A stretch of DNA of 64,000 nucleotides from an uncultured Chlamydiales bacterium. Its GTDB lineage: Bacteria; Chlamydiota; Chlamydiia; Chlamydiales; JAAKFR01. The stretch lies in NCBI GenBank assembly GCA_963705695.1, contig CAVPKN010000016.1, positions 27,611 to 91,610 of the forward strand, written 5' to 3'. Below are positions 9,838 to 17,969 of the stretch, piece by piece (the first letter of the stretch is position 1; every line of letters begins with the position of its first letter). Made by a program: the position numbers and the translations under genes. The notes under the pieces are model-generated. The model was not told the DNA's origin and ran no database searches. It was given only the letters and a program-made list of their open reading frames with translations.

Positions 9838-10619
9838 AAAAGTGCTTATTTTTAATATTGATCGCTTCTCTATCATTTATCGGTTGCCAACCCCATGGTA
9901 AAGTTTTAAAAATCGCAGCCACGCCAGTCCCTCATACTGAAATTCTAGAAGCCATCAAACCTGAGCTTGAACACCAAGGAATACAGTTGAAAATCGTTGA
10001 GGTTGATGATTACAACCTTCCTAACCGCCTCCTTTTCGAGAAACAGGTCGATGCGAATTTTTTCCAACACAAGCCCTTTTTAGAGGAACAAAATAGCCGC
10101 TTTGGATACAACCTCATCGAATTAACGGCTGTTCATATTGAGCCTTTAGGAATTTATTCCCGCACTTTGGCCTCGCTCAGCGAGGTTAAAGAGGGGATGA
10201 CAGTTGCAATCCCTAGCGATCCTACTAATGAGTCGCGCGCCTTAGATCTTCTCGCTGATGTCGGCCTGATTAAAATGAAGTTTCATCCAGCTACACAATT
10301 GGTAACTATTTATGACATCACAGAGAATCCGAAACGACTGAAGTTTGAAGAGGTTGATGCCGCCTTTCTTCCCCACGCACTCCATGATGTCGATATGGCC
10401 TTGATCCCTGCCAACTTCGCCCTGCAGGCTGGACTCAATCCGGTCCACGATGCCCTTGCATTGGAATCTTCCCATTCCCCCTATGCCAATATTGTAGCAA
10501 TTAGATCGGATGAGGTCGGAAGGGAAGATTTAGAAAAGCTAAAAGCCGCTCTTCATTCGGAAAAAATGCGCCAATTTATCTTAGAGAAATATAAGGGCGC
10601 CATTCTTCCCGCCTTTTGA
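9834..10619 (+). CDS. metQ: methionine-binding lipoprotein (NlpA/MetQ family)
   Basis: Signal peptide with lipobox SFIGC. MetQ-like motifs (LKIAATPVPH, DANFFQH, NIVAIR). Confidence 0.9.
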   Translation: MKKCLFLILIASLSFIGCQPHGKVLKIAATPVPHTEILEAIKPELEHQGIQLKIVEVDDYNLPNRLLFEKQVDANFFQHKPFLEEQNSRFGYNLIELTAVHIEPLGIYSRTLASLSEVKEGMTVAIPSDPTNESRALDLLADVGLIKMKFHPATQLVTIYDITENPKRLKFEEVDAAFLPHALHDVDMALIPANFALQAGLNPVHDALALESSHSPYANIVAIRSDEVGREDLEKLKAALHSEKMRQFILEKYKGAILPAF

Positions 10620-10620
10620 A

Positions 10621-10847
10621 CAGGGCATTGACCATTAAAAAATAAATTTTAGAATCGTTTTTAATTGACTAAGATCGAGGTGTTTTCGTGAACGAGCCCG
10701 AGCCCGAATTCAAGGTAGCAATCGGGCACGGGCATGGGCTCGGGCTCGTTCACGAACGTGATACGATTCGGTTTGTTACATTATGATCTTCTGAACTAAC
10801 CGTATAGGTTGATCGTTAAAAAACTTCTTTTAATGGTCGGTGCCCTG
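10621..10847. mobile_element. MITE-like repeat, family A, full-length copy (A1) with a 10-bp target-site duplication
   Basis: Termini CAGGGCATTGACCATTAAAA / TTTTAATGGTCGGTGCCCTG. Central palindrome TTCGTGAACGAGCCCGAGCCCG...CGGGCTCGGGCTCGTTCACGAA. Flanked by identical GCCTTTTGAA at 10611-10620 and 10848-10857. Confidence 0.85.
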
Positions 10848-10870
10848 GCCTTTTGAACGGCTCTTTAGGG

Positions 10871-11158
10871 TTATGAGCCGGGTTTGATTTCGATCTCACC
10901 ACCGTTAGGCGTTTTGATACTCTTTGCACCGTTGGGGCTAACTTGAATCGTGGTACCGTCGGGTTTTTTGATGAGCTTAGACCCATTAGGATGGATTTCG
11001 ATCGTGGTGCCATCACTATTTTGAATGGACTTGGTGCCATCTGGCAGCATTTTAAACGTACCCTCTTCACTTTGTGGCATGCTTTGGGTCAGATCGGCCC
11101 AACCAGCCATATTGAGAACTCCAACACAGAATAAGCTAAAAATCAAAAACCTTTTCAT
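10871..11158 (-). CDS. small secreted protein with tandem DGTTI..PNG.K.IK repeats
   Basis: Signal peptide MKRFLIFSLFCVGVLNMAGWA. AAGGA lies 5 nt upstream of ATG 11158. Two clear 18-aa repeats plus partial copies. Confidence 0.6.
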   Translation of the reverse strand: MKRFLIFSLFCVGVLNMAGWADLTQSMPQSEEGTFKMLPDGTKSIQNSDGTTIEIHPNGSKLIKKPDGTTIQVSPNGAKSIKTPNGGEIEIKPGS

Positions 11159-11339
11159 AATCATCCTTTTAGTTGCTTTTTTTAGATATCTCAAATTTTT
11201 ATATTAATGTCAACAACCCTAAATTTTTTCTTTTATCATTTTTTTGTAAAAAATTATATATAGTTTAATTATGAATTAATATTCATATTATAAAATAATT
11301 GACATATTAACTTTCTAACCTAAAAGAGGTAATAATAAT

Positions 11340-12296
11340 ATGTCAGTTAGTAATAATGGAATTATTCTTAATCCAGAACCACTTCGTCCCAAGATCAATG
11401 ATGATGTCATTATTGATTTAGGTGAGGAGCTGGGTAAAACCCAAGGCACTTGGGAGAACAGCCAGGAGGCGATGCAAAATAATTATTCAAATGTTTTGTT
11501 TCCAGGTTCATTTTCTAATTCAGAGGAGCGTGTCTCTCTTTTGTCAGATGTAGACTCAGGTAATTTTATTGATATAGAGCTCTCTGATGGTGAGACTGTT
11601 ATCGACATGACTCCTGCTGCTCCAGAGGAAGGGATCTTAAAAAAAGCCTGGAATCACACAGGACTCGGTCTTAGAATCATCGATACCGGGTTTGATATTG
11701 CTAATGCCTCAGCCAAGATGTTGGGTCAAGATAATGTTGCCGGTGTTGTTGATTACATCCAATCAGGCACACATATCGCAATGGGTGCAAAGGCGGCGGA
11801 GGAGGGAAAATTTGCCTTCGATCCTAATATTGTGATTGACGGGACACCTGACGAAAAGTGTGGCTTTGCCAAGAGCGGTGCTTTTTTTGCGACCTGTCTC
11901 TCAACGACTGTGCAGGTCGGCTCAGCGATCGCCTCTGCTACAGGAGGAGAAGAATTGGTAGCTATCGCTTCAGCATGTAATAATTATATTGTTCCTGGGC
12001 TTAATAAAGGGTTCAAAGATCCCTCCCTTCTTTACGCCTATTACCATGGGTACCAGAAAACAGTAGATAAGCCCACAGACACAGAAGAAGAAAAGTACGC
12101 CAAACGGGTGGAGAGAGGGAAATATGTAGCTAAAGGGGCAGTGAAGGCTGCAAAATTGGCTACCAACGCCATCACATTGGCAGCGCCCGCCCTTGGCCTT
12201 GCCTCTGCTGTAACTGTACCTCTCGCAGTTGTTTCACTGGGTGTTGCTGGTGCAGATGCCTATTTGAACTATCGCGACGTTAAAAAACAGCTGTAA
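11340..12296 (+). CDS. hypothetical protein with a C-terminal hydrophobic anchor (possible secreted effector)
   Basis: 318-aa ORF downstream of a very AT-rich region. No signal peptide. C-terminal AITLAAPALGLASAVTVPLAVVSLGVAGA. Followed by a hairpin terminator. Confidence 0.55.
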   Translation: MSVSNNGIILNPEPLRPKINDDVIIDLGEELGKTQGTWENSQEAMQNNYSNVLFPGSFSNSEERVSLLSDVDSGNFIDIELSDGETVIDMTPAAPEEGILKKAWNHTGLGLRIIDTGFDIANASAKMLGQDNVAGVVDYIQSGTHIAMGAKAAEEGKFAFDPNIVIDGTPDEKCGFAKSGAFFATCLSTTVQVGSAIASATGGEELVAIASACNNYIVPGLNKGFKDPSLLYAYYHGYQKTVDKPTDTEEEKYAKRVERGKYVAKGAVKAAKLATNAITLAAPALGLASAVTVPLAVVSLGVAGADAYLNYRDVKKQL

Positions 12297-12309
12297 ACTT
12301 TTTCTTTAT

Positions 12310-12345
12310 CCCCCTGCACGTATGGCAGGGGGAATATCTTTCTTA
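12310..12345 (+). terminator. rho-independent terminator candidate
   Basis: CCCCCTGC-acgtatg-GCAGGGGG stem-loop 14 nt after the stop at 12296, followed by a T-rich stretch. Confidence 0.6.
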
Positions 12346-12349
12346 CTGC

Positions 12350-12359
12350 GGGGGGGGGG
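12350..12359. repeat. poly-G homopolymer (10 G)
   Basis: Uninterrupted run of 10 G in the intergenic region between the terminator and the 12479 ORF. Confidence 0.95.
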
Positions 12360-12478
12360 CCTACTGAGTGCGAGCAAGACTTCTCTGCCATATAAAATTA
12401 AGAAAAATTAAAGAGCTATTAAAATTAAAACTTAATATTTTGGTTTTTCCTCCCTTTGTTTAAAATAAGGGTAAATAT

Positions 12479-12838
12479 ATGGAGGTCACTATGCTTTCAG
12501 CCCCAATGATGCAACAAATCGATTTATTGATTGAAGTGGTCAACCATAGCCCCTATATTTCACGGGAAACGCGTCTCGGCATTTCGAGGGAAATTAATAC
12601 ATTATCTACGCAAATTGAAGAGGGAGAGATCTCTTTGCCACAAGGGGAGGAGAAAATACTCTTTTTAGATAAAAGGGCTGCTGTTGATGAAATTGTCACT
12701 TTGACCGTTAAAATTCGCCACCTCAATCCTTCTAGCCCCCGTTTGGAATCTCTTCGCTCCTTGGAAATGGAGCTCGATTCCGACACCATCTCCCCCGATC
12801 AAGCCCGCAGAAGACTCCAAGAGCTGATGAAGGCTTAG
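12479..12838 (+). CDS. hypothetical protein
   Basis: 119-aa ORF with AAGGG 7 nt upstream of the ATG. No recognisable motif. Confidence 0.45.
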   Translation: MEVTMLSAPMMQQIDLLIEVVNHSPYISRETRLGISREINTLSTQIEEGEISLPQGEEKILFLDKRAAVDEIVTLTVKIRHLNPSSPRLESLRSLEMELDSDTISPDQARRRLQELMKA

Positions 12839-12842
12839 GGGT

Positions 12843-14387
12843 TTACCCGCTATCATCGGAGGCACTAACCGATGAAACATGAGGGCTGGTCAATGGTTTC
12901 CGCCGAACAGTCTTTTTCGGTGGTGTGGAACCGCCCTTGGTGGCTTTAGCTTTGCTAGGCGATTTCTTTTTAGTTTGCTTAGCCGTTGAATCATCATCTG
13001 CATCAAACACCTTAGGACGACGTGCCGCTTTTTTACGACGTGATCTTTTTGGAGAGTTATCGGGAAGAGCGAAGGTCTCCTTAACTTCAGCTAAAAATGA
13101 GAACTGCCTGCCTTCAGTCTTCCCGCCTTGAACTGGCTCCCTAATTTCAAGTGTAGAGATAAACTCAGAAATCGTTAAGGTGTCCCTTCTAAATACTACT
13201 TTAAAGGACATATCACTCTCTATTTTAAGCCCCATTTTTGCGGCAGTGGCTAATTTCATTCCGTCCGCTGAGAGCCAATTATTAACGATTAAAGCGTGGA
13301 TAGCGACCGATCTTCCCGTATTTAATTTGACTCCAAAATAGACACTGGAGACTCCAAATCGGGTGTCCACATCAAAATAGGCATTATTAGGTGAGAGACG
13401 GGGCAATTCCTCTTTCCCGTTATGAATTTCAATCGACATGTAATGGTAGGCATCTTTTGGTATGGCTCTTGCGTCTTCTTCCATGCCCGGATTGACCCCT
13501 CGCGGATGGAACATCCCTATTTTCATGGCTGTCGAAAGTCCCGATCCCCCGGATCGTTTCTGTAGTCCCTGTGAATCCTTTGGGATCTGTTCCGGTTTAC
13601 ATTGATTATATTGATGGAAGGCGATGGGATGAAGGGCGAGATTGCGTCGGTTTCCCTCTAGGCCACGCGATGTATTATCATAAACCACAAATAAGCAATC
13701 GATATTTTGTTTTTCAGGTGGTATGGGCTTTTTACTTCGTTCCTCGCGAGTTAACATATTAATGACGCGACGTGGGAAACTTCCGATATGAGTGGAGGGG
13801 AGTTTAACAGCCATGACAATGGTCGTCGGATCGTAGCAAGATTTGCCTCGATTGTAACTGCCTAGAAGGGGAAGTTGAGCCATGCCGAAATTACCGATTT
13901 GAGCCACAGGTTCATCAGGGTCGTCGAGGTTAATGGATCGGGAATCGGTAGCCGATACGGTTGTTTCGAGGTGATTTTTCCAAGAAGCTAGATCATATTC
14001 AGGCTTTAAGGGTCGGGGGGGTGCTTGTGCTACAGGGGGGGGATCTGAATTTTCCAATAGATCTTCCCTTCTAACCTCATCTATATCCTCTTCTAAAAGC
14101 TGTGAACGCTCTAATTGTTTTTTGAGGTTCCGTTGATGGCAAATCAAACGGATGATCCCGATGACTTGTAGACCTCCTAAAATTGAAGTTGCACAGATTA
14201 AGGCGGTGAGATCTAAATCGAGTTTCCCCATACCTGTCAAAATAGTGAGTGCAAGGAGAGTGATCGTCACGCTGATCATGCAACCCATTCCGATTTTTCT
14301 ACAGAGAGAGATCGGTGGTGCCTGAACCGGTTCTAAAGGAGCTCCTGCCGGACGATCAAAATCAAGGGAAGTTCTTGAAGAAGTCAT
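12843..14387 (-). CDS. hypothetical membrane protein with a bilobed hydrophobic domain (Inc-like) and a Lys/Arg-rich C-terminal tail
   Basis: Two TM segments (MGCMISVTITLLALTILTGMG / LTALICATSILGGLQVIGIIRLI) are separated by KLDLD near the N-terminus. The tail is KRSRRKKAARRPK...KKKSPSKAKATKGGSTPPKKTVRRKP. Confidence 0.6.
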   Translation of the reverse strand: MTSSRTSLDFDRPAGAPLEPVQAPPISLCRKIGMGCMISVTITLLALTILTGMGKLDLDLTALICATSILGGLQVIGIIRLICHQRNLKKQLERSQLLEEDIDEVRREDLLENSDPPPVAQAPPRPLKPEYDLASWKNHLETTVSATDSRSINLDDPDEPVAQIGNFGMAQLPLLGSYNRGKSCYDPTTIVMAVKLPSTHIGSFPRRVINMLTREERSKKPIPPEKQNIDCLFVVYDNTSRGLEGNRRNLALHPIAFHQYNQCKPEQIPKDSQGLQKRSGGSGLSTAMKIGMFHPRGVNPGMEEDARAIPKDAYHYMSIEIHNGKEELPRLSPNNAYFDVDTRFGVSSVYFGVKLNTGRSVAIHALIVNNWLSADGMKLATAAKMGLKIESDMSFKVVFRRDTLTISEFISTLEIREPVQGGKTEGRQFSFLAEVKETFALPDNSPKRSRRKKAARRPKVFDADDDSTAKQTKKKSPSKAKATKGGSTPPKKTVRRKPLTSPHVSSVSASDDSG

Positions 14388-14490
14388 ATTATTAACCTAT
14401 TAATTATAAAACTATTTTAACCTATCTTAATATTTTAATCCAGAACAAGCGCAAGTTTTTTTATTAAAGCTTAATAAATAAAAATTTTAC

Positions 14491-14519
14491 TTGATTTTTA
14501 ATAAAAATTTATATATAAT
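14491..14519 (+). promoter_or_regulatory. sigma70-like promoter candidate (TTGATT-17 nt-TATAAT)
   Basis: TTGATT at 14491-14496 and TATAAT at 14514-14519 with a 17-nt spacer. ATG 14527 lies 8 nt downstream. The context is AT-rich, so a chance match is possible. Confidence 0.3.
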
Positions 14520-14526
14520 TGGCTGT

Positions 14527-14967
14527 ATGTTTATCTATTTTTATGCAGCCAAGCAGGAAATTCCTAGCTCAGTCCCAATTAATCAAGTGGCAGTGACTCC
14601 ACATTGGCTTGCGCTGGCACTTCTCGCATGCCTTGCTATTGGCATTGCGCTATCACAAGATTCTGTATGCTCCTTTATCGTAACGCACATTGAGGTTGTG
14701 ATCCCCGCTACCTGTGGGCTCATTGTAGTGGCTGTGGCTTTACAAAAAATTTCTAAAAGCAATGTTTTTAAAAGAATATTTTATCGGCTAGACCCATTTT
14801 TAGAACATGTGCCGGCCGAAGTTCTTCTTTCACAAACCGAGATCTCAACTACTTTAAAGTCGGCAGCTTTTCCTAATTATCCCCAAAAGATGAACCTCGA
14901 TCTGGTTGATGATGTAGATAATTTTAATTCTCAATTAGAAGAGTCTTCCTCTGAAGCTTTAGATTGA
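14527..14967 (+). CDS. hypothetical membrane protein with a bilobed hydrophobic domain (Inc-like)
   Basis: I prefer ATG 14527 over the TTG at 14491. The hydrophobic pair is WLALALLACLAIGIAL / VVIPATCGLIVVAVAL. The C-terminus is acidic. Confidence 0.4.
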   Translation: MFIYFYAAKQEIPSSVPINQVAVTPHWLALALLACLAIGIALSQDSVCSFIVTHIEVVIPATCGLIVVAVALQKISKSNVFKRIFYRLDPFLEHVPAEVLLSQTEISTTLKSAAFPNYPQKMNLDLVDDVDNFNSQLEESSSEALD

Positions 14968-14977
14968 CGGTCGCTAA

Positions 14978-15889
14978 TTAAAAAGCGGTGCCGATGATGA
15001 TGCCGAGAGCAGCCAGAGCGTTAGCTTTCCAGGGGATCTCTTCTTTATAGAAAAATTTACCATACAAATTGCAGAGCAGAATGACTGCCACGGTGAAAAG
15101 GGGGGAAGAGCATCATTTTCTCATTCAGCGAGGCTGAGGCGGTGGCTTTAAGCAGGAAAAAGGTAGAGAGGCCGTTCATAATCCCACCGATGCTCCCTCC
15201 TATGGTTTCAATCTTTGTAGGCAGGCGTTTTTCAGAACAAAAGAAATAGAGGACTTGGTAGATCGCAGCAAAAAGAAACAGGGAGGGCATAAACCAGAGA
15301 TCGGCTTCGGGGGGGCAAGAAAAGGGGATAAATGGGTGAGAAGGGAGGCCTATTTGTATTAGGAGGCAGCGCCATTGAAATAGGGAAAGAATGATCCCTT
15401 GAAGAAGTAAAGCCAAAAGCGCATAACCTAGCCAAGTGCGATTGGGTTTTACCTTAGAACTACCTAGAGCGGCTAAAAACAGTCCTAATATCACGAGCCC
15501 CATTCCCAGAAGATGGGTGAAAGTCAAATCGAAGCCAAAGGGCTTGCTGAAAATCAGCGCCATTAGCAGGGGAGGGATGATCGCCCCTGAATTTTGGAAG
15601 GCAAAGGTTAAGCCCGAGGTCCATATTTAATAGCCTTTCCTAATGCAAACATTAGGGCTGCCACAATGAGCCCTACCACCACACCAAGACCCGCCATTTG
15701 GATGCTAAAGGAGGGAGGAGAGAAGGTGATTCCATTAAGCAACAACGAAACCAGAAAACAGGACAAAAAATAGGAAAAGAGATACCCGCTTGCCGCACCC
15801 CCTCGATAGATCGTTTTCGATAGAGCAAGGCTCGTCAGCGATGCAAACAACGCAGCGGCTGCAATAAACAAAAAGCAGAAACTCATCAT
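14978..15889 (-). pseudogene. EamA/DMT-family transporter, split into three frames
   Basis: Fragments 15608..15889 and 15057..15563, plus an unlisted C-terminal piece ending ALGIIIGTAF-stop at 14978, together form a 10-TM-like protein. Frameshifts lie near 15600 and near 15110. Confidence 0.6.
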
Positions 15890-16471
15890 TTTGTCCTATA
15901 TTTGCCCCACATTATACAGCAAAAGGAAAATTCTGTGAGCTCTAAAATATAAAAAATAGCTATGGTCTTTAATCAACGAATGCCACATTCTCTATTAAAA
16001 TTTTCACTGGAGATTTCTAATGCCTATTTGTGGCGTGGGTTCCTATGACGATGCAGTGACTGTACACCATCAACGTCATGCGTTCACGTGTACATTTAAC
16101 AAAAAAGACAAAATTATAACGGCGCTGTTATTGCTTACCTTGTATTTGAGTTATATTTACTGATTTCAGGAAATAAAGGAAAGTATTATCGGAAACTTTC
16201 TCGGATAAGAAAGAATTAATCCATTTTGGTGTCGGTAGCGCGCATTTGCACTTTTATTCTTTGTCTTTTTGGGGGATGTTTTATTTCATCTCAAAACCTA
16301 AGAAGACCGAAAATCAAGAACCTCCCATCCCTCGGCAAGACACCTTGGTTGATAATACTATCCTCTAACAATCTCTCTTTTTGACTTTTTCCAAATTTTA
16401 TTGTTGTCTTAATATTAATTTAAAATAAGATTGCTATAATTAATGGAAAATATACAACCAAGGTTGTTACT

Positions 16472-17041
16472 ATGGCATTTTTAGCAGTTGTTCCAGGGAT
16501 CTGTGCTTTGGGTGGCCTCGCAGCTACCCTTGGTAGCCGTTATGTACGGGATCGTTATTCCCCACCAGAGGGGGTACAGTTAAAAGAAGGGGAGCATTTC
16601 GTCAATCACAACGGTAAAAAATTTACAGTTCTCGATCAGAATACGGTACAAGATGAGTCTGGGACTCAGTATCACACGTACGGATGGTCTGGCCATTCTT
16701 CTGACACGTTGCAGCAAGATTTAACGCAAAAAGAGCTCTATACGGGTCCAAAATATCTGGCGCAATCCTTTGCTGTAGTGAATGCGGGAAAAAATAATCC
16801 TGAAAAACAGGCAGTAGGGTTGATCGGAGTCAAAAAAGAAAACGCTGCGTTGGTTACGTATAGTGACTCCCGCTTCGAAAATGGGTATTCCCCATTAGAA
16901 CCCAAAAGTATGCAGGAAGCAGGTGTGCATGCTGTACATATTGAGAAGGTGACACCCGCAACAGATGCGCAAACGTTTGCGTGTTTTAAGCGGATGATTG
17001 GGGAGTGGGATGTAAATCGATCCAATAATTCTGATCTATAA
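16472..17041 (+). CDS. hypothetical protein
   Basis: 189-aa ORF after a ~580-bp AT-rich non-coding stretch, with a single N-terminal hydrophobic segment. Confidence 0.45.
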   Translation: MAFLAVVPGICALGGLAATLGSRYVRDRYSPPEGVQLKEGEHFVNHNGKKFTVLDQNTVQDESGTQYHTYGWSGHSSDTLQQDLTQKELYTGPKYLAQSFAVVNAGKNNPEKQAVGLIGVKKENAALVTYSDSRFENGYSPLEPKSMQEAGVHAVHIEKVTPATDAQTFACFKRMIGEWDVNRSNNSDL

Positions 17042-17045
17042 AGTA

Positions 17046-17612
17046 TTAAATGGGTGGGCGGCTTGCCGTCCTTCCCATGATGTAAAGCTGGCGACATGCC
17101 AGTGCATTAAATGCCGTATGTCCTGTTGTAGACGCTAATAAATTACCTGTCGATTGTGCTAAATAGCAAAAAGTAACCCCCATAGCGAATAGATGTAAAT
17201 GAATGTGGATTTGAGATTTCAGAGGCATCTGTCTTTTAAAGTGAGCAAGAGAGAAAAGCGCCGCATTGTAAATCATAGATTGAATGGGTGTATCTGAGGT
17301 CCGTTTATTTGACTTTTGATAATCATACAAAAGACCCCGAAATAGAAACTCTTCAAGGGGGGCACACCCGATATAAAAAATCGACTTTCCCATCACACGC
17401 AGGCCGTGCCCCTTTTTTGCATCTTCGTACAGTTTGGCAGCCGCTTTTTGAAATAAGTGGGGTTGTAAATGAAAAACCTGAGCAGTAATTTTAGAGCTAA
17501 TTTGAAGGAGGGAGCCGGCAATAAGCCCTAATGAGATCTGAGCAAAAGCCTCTTTTCCAAGCAGGGGATACCAGGTTCGGCAAAGATCGTAAAGGGTAGG
17601 TTCGATCGACAT
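17046..17612 (-). CDS. CPBP-family intramembrane glutamic endopeptidase (CAAX protease/Abi)
   Basis: Motifs EEFLFRGLLY, FSLAHF and HTAFNA appear in the canonical order. AAGGAG lies upstream of the ATG. Confidence 0.8.
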   Translation of the reverse strand: MSIEPTLYDLCRTWYPLLGKEAFAQISLGLIAGSLLQISSKITAQVFHLQPHLFQKAAAKLYEDAKKGHGLRVMGKSIFYIGCAPLEEFLFRGLLYDYQKSNKRTSDTPIQSMIYNAALFSLAHFKRQMPLKSQIHIHLHLFAMGVTFCYLAQSTGNLLASTTGHTAFNALACRQLYIMGRTASRPPI

Positions 17613-17626
17613 GTATATTACTCCTT

Positions 17627-17750
17627 AACCTGAGTTTTGGGTTTATCTTCCTCATCCTCAGTGCCTTTTTTTGGCGCAAATCGCGCTTTTTCGCTTGAAA
17701 ATAGCGTCTGCGGCTATGATCAGCGCAAAAAATCGCAATTTGCGCTTGAG
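17627..17750. mobile_element. MITE-like repeat, family B, one-ended copy (B2)
   Basis: The same TIR as B1 (AACCTGAGTTTTGGGTTTATCTTCCTCATCCTCAG), with the core in inverse orientation. The second TIR is missing and the copy ends inside the csaA reading frame. Confidence 0.8.
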
Positions 17751-17876
17751 TCCTATTTCGTCTCCAAACTCGATAACTAGCTTGTAAGCTGGCTTATGTG
17801 CTTCAGGAAAATCATCTGCACTGATGATGGTTCCCACGCGAATATCTACTTTCAAAAAATCTTCATAGGTGATCAT
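17658..17876 (-). pseudogene. csaA: CsaA-type tRNA-binding-domain protein, truncated after ~42 codons by repeat B2
   Basis: [44 protein letters not shown] matches the CsaA N-terminus as I recall it. From 17750 downwards the ORF is translated repeat sequence. Confidence 0.7.
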
Positions 17877-17969
17877 TCTTAATAGTTTAGCAAATTAAAT
17901 GATAATAGTGAATTTATTTTATAAAAAATCACAGCTCTCCATATAGTAAAAATTTATTTCATTAGATTA

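Noticed and set aside
10816-11070. 84-aa minus-strand ORF starting inside MITE A1
   Set aside because: It overlaps the better-supported secreted repeat protein gene out of frame, and it begins within repeat DNA.
15890-16471. About 580-bp AT-rich gap examined for an ncRNA or small ORFs (47-aa MPICGVGSYDD...; 30-aa MFYFISKPKK...)
   Set aside because: I found no convincing RBS, no conserved RNA motif that I can recognise by eye (tRNA, tmRNA, RNase P, 6S), and no supporting terminator. I left it unannotated.
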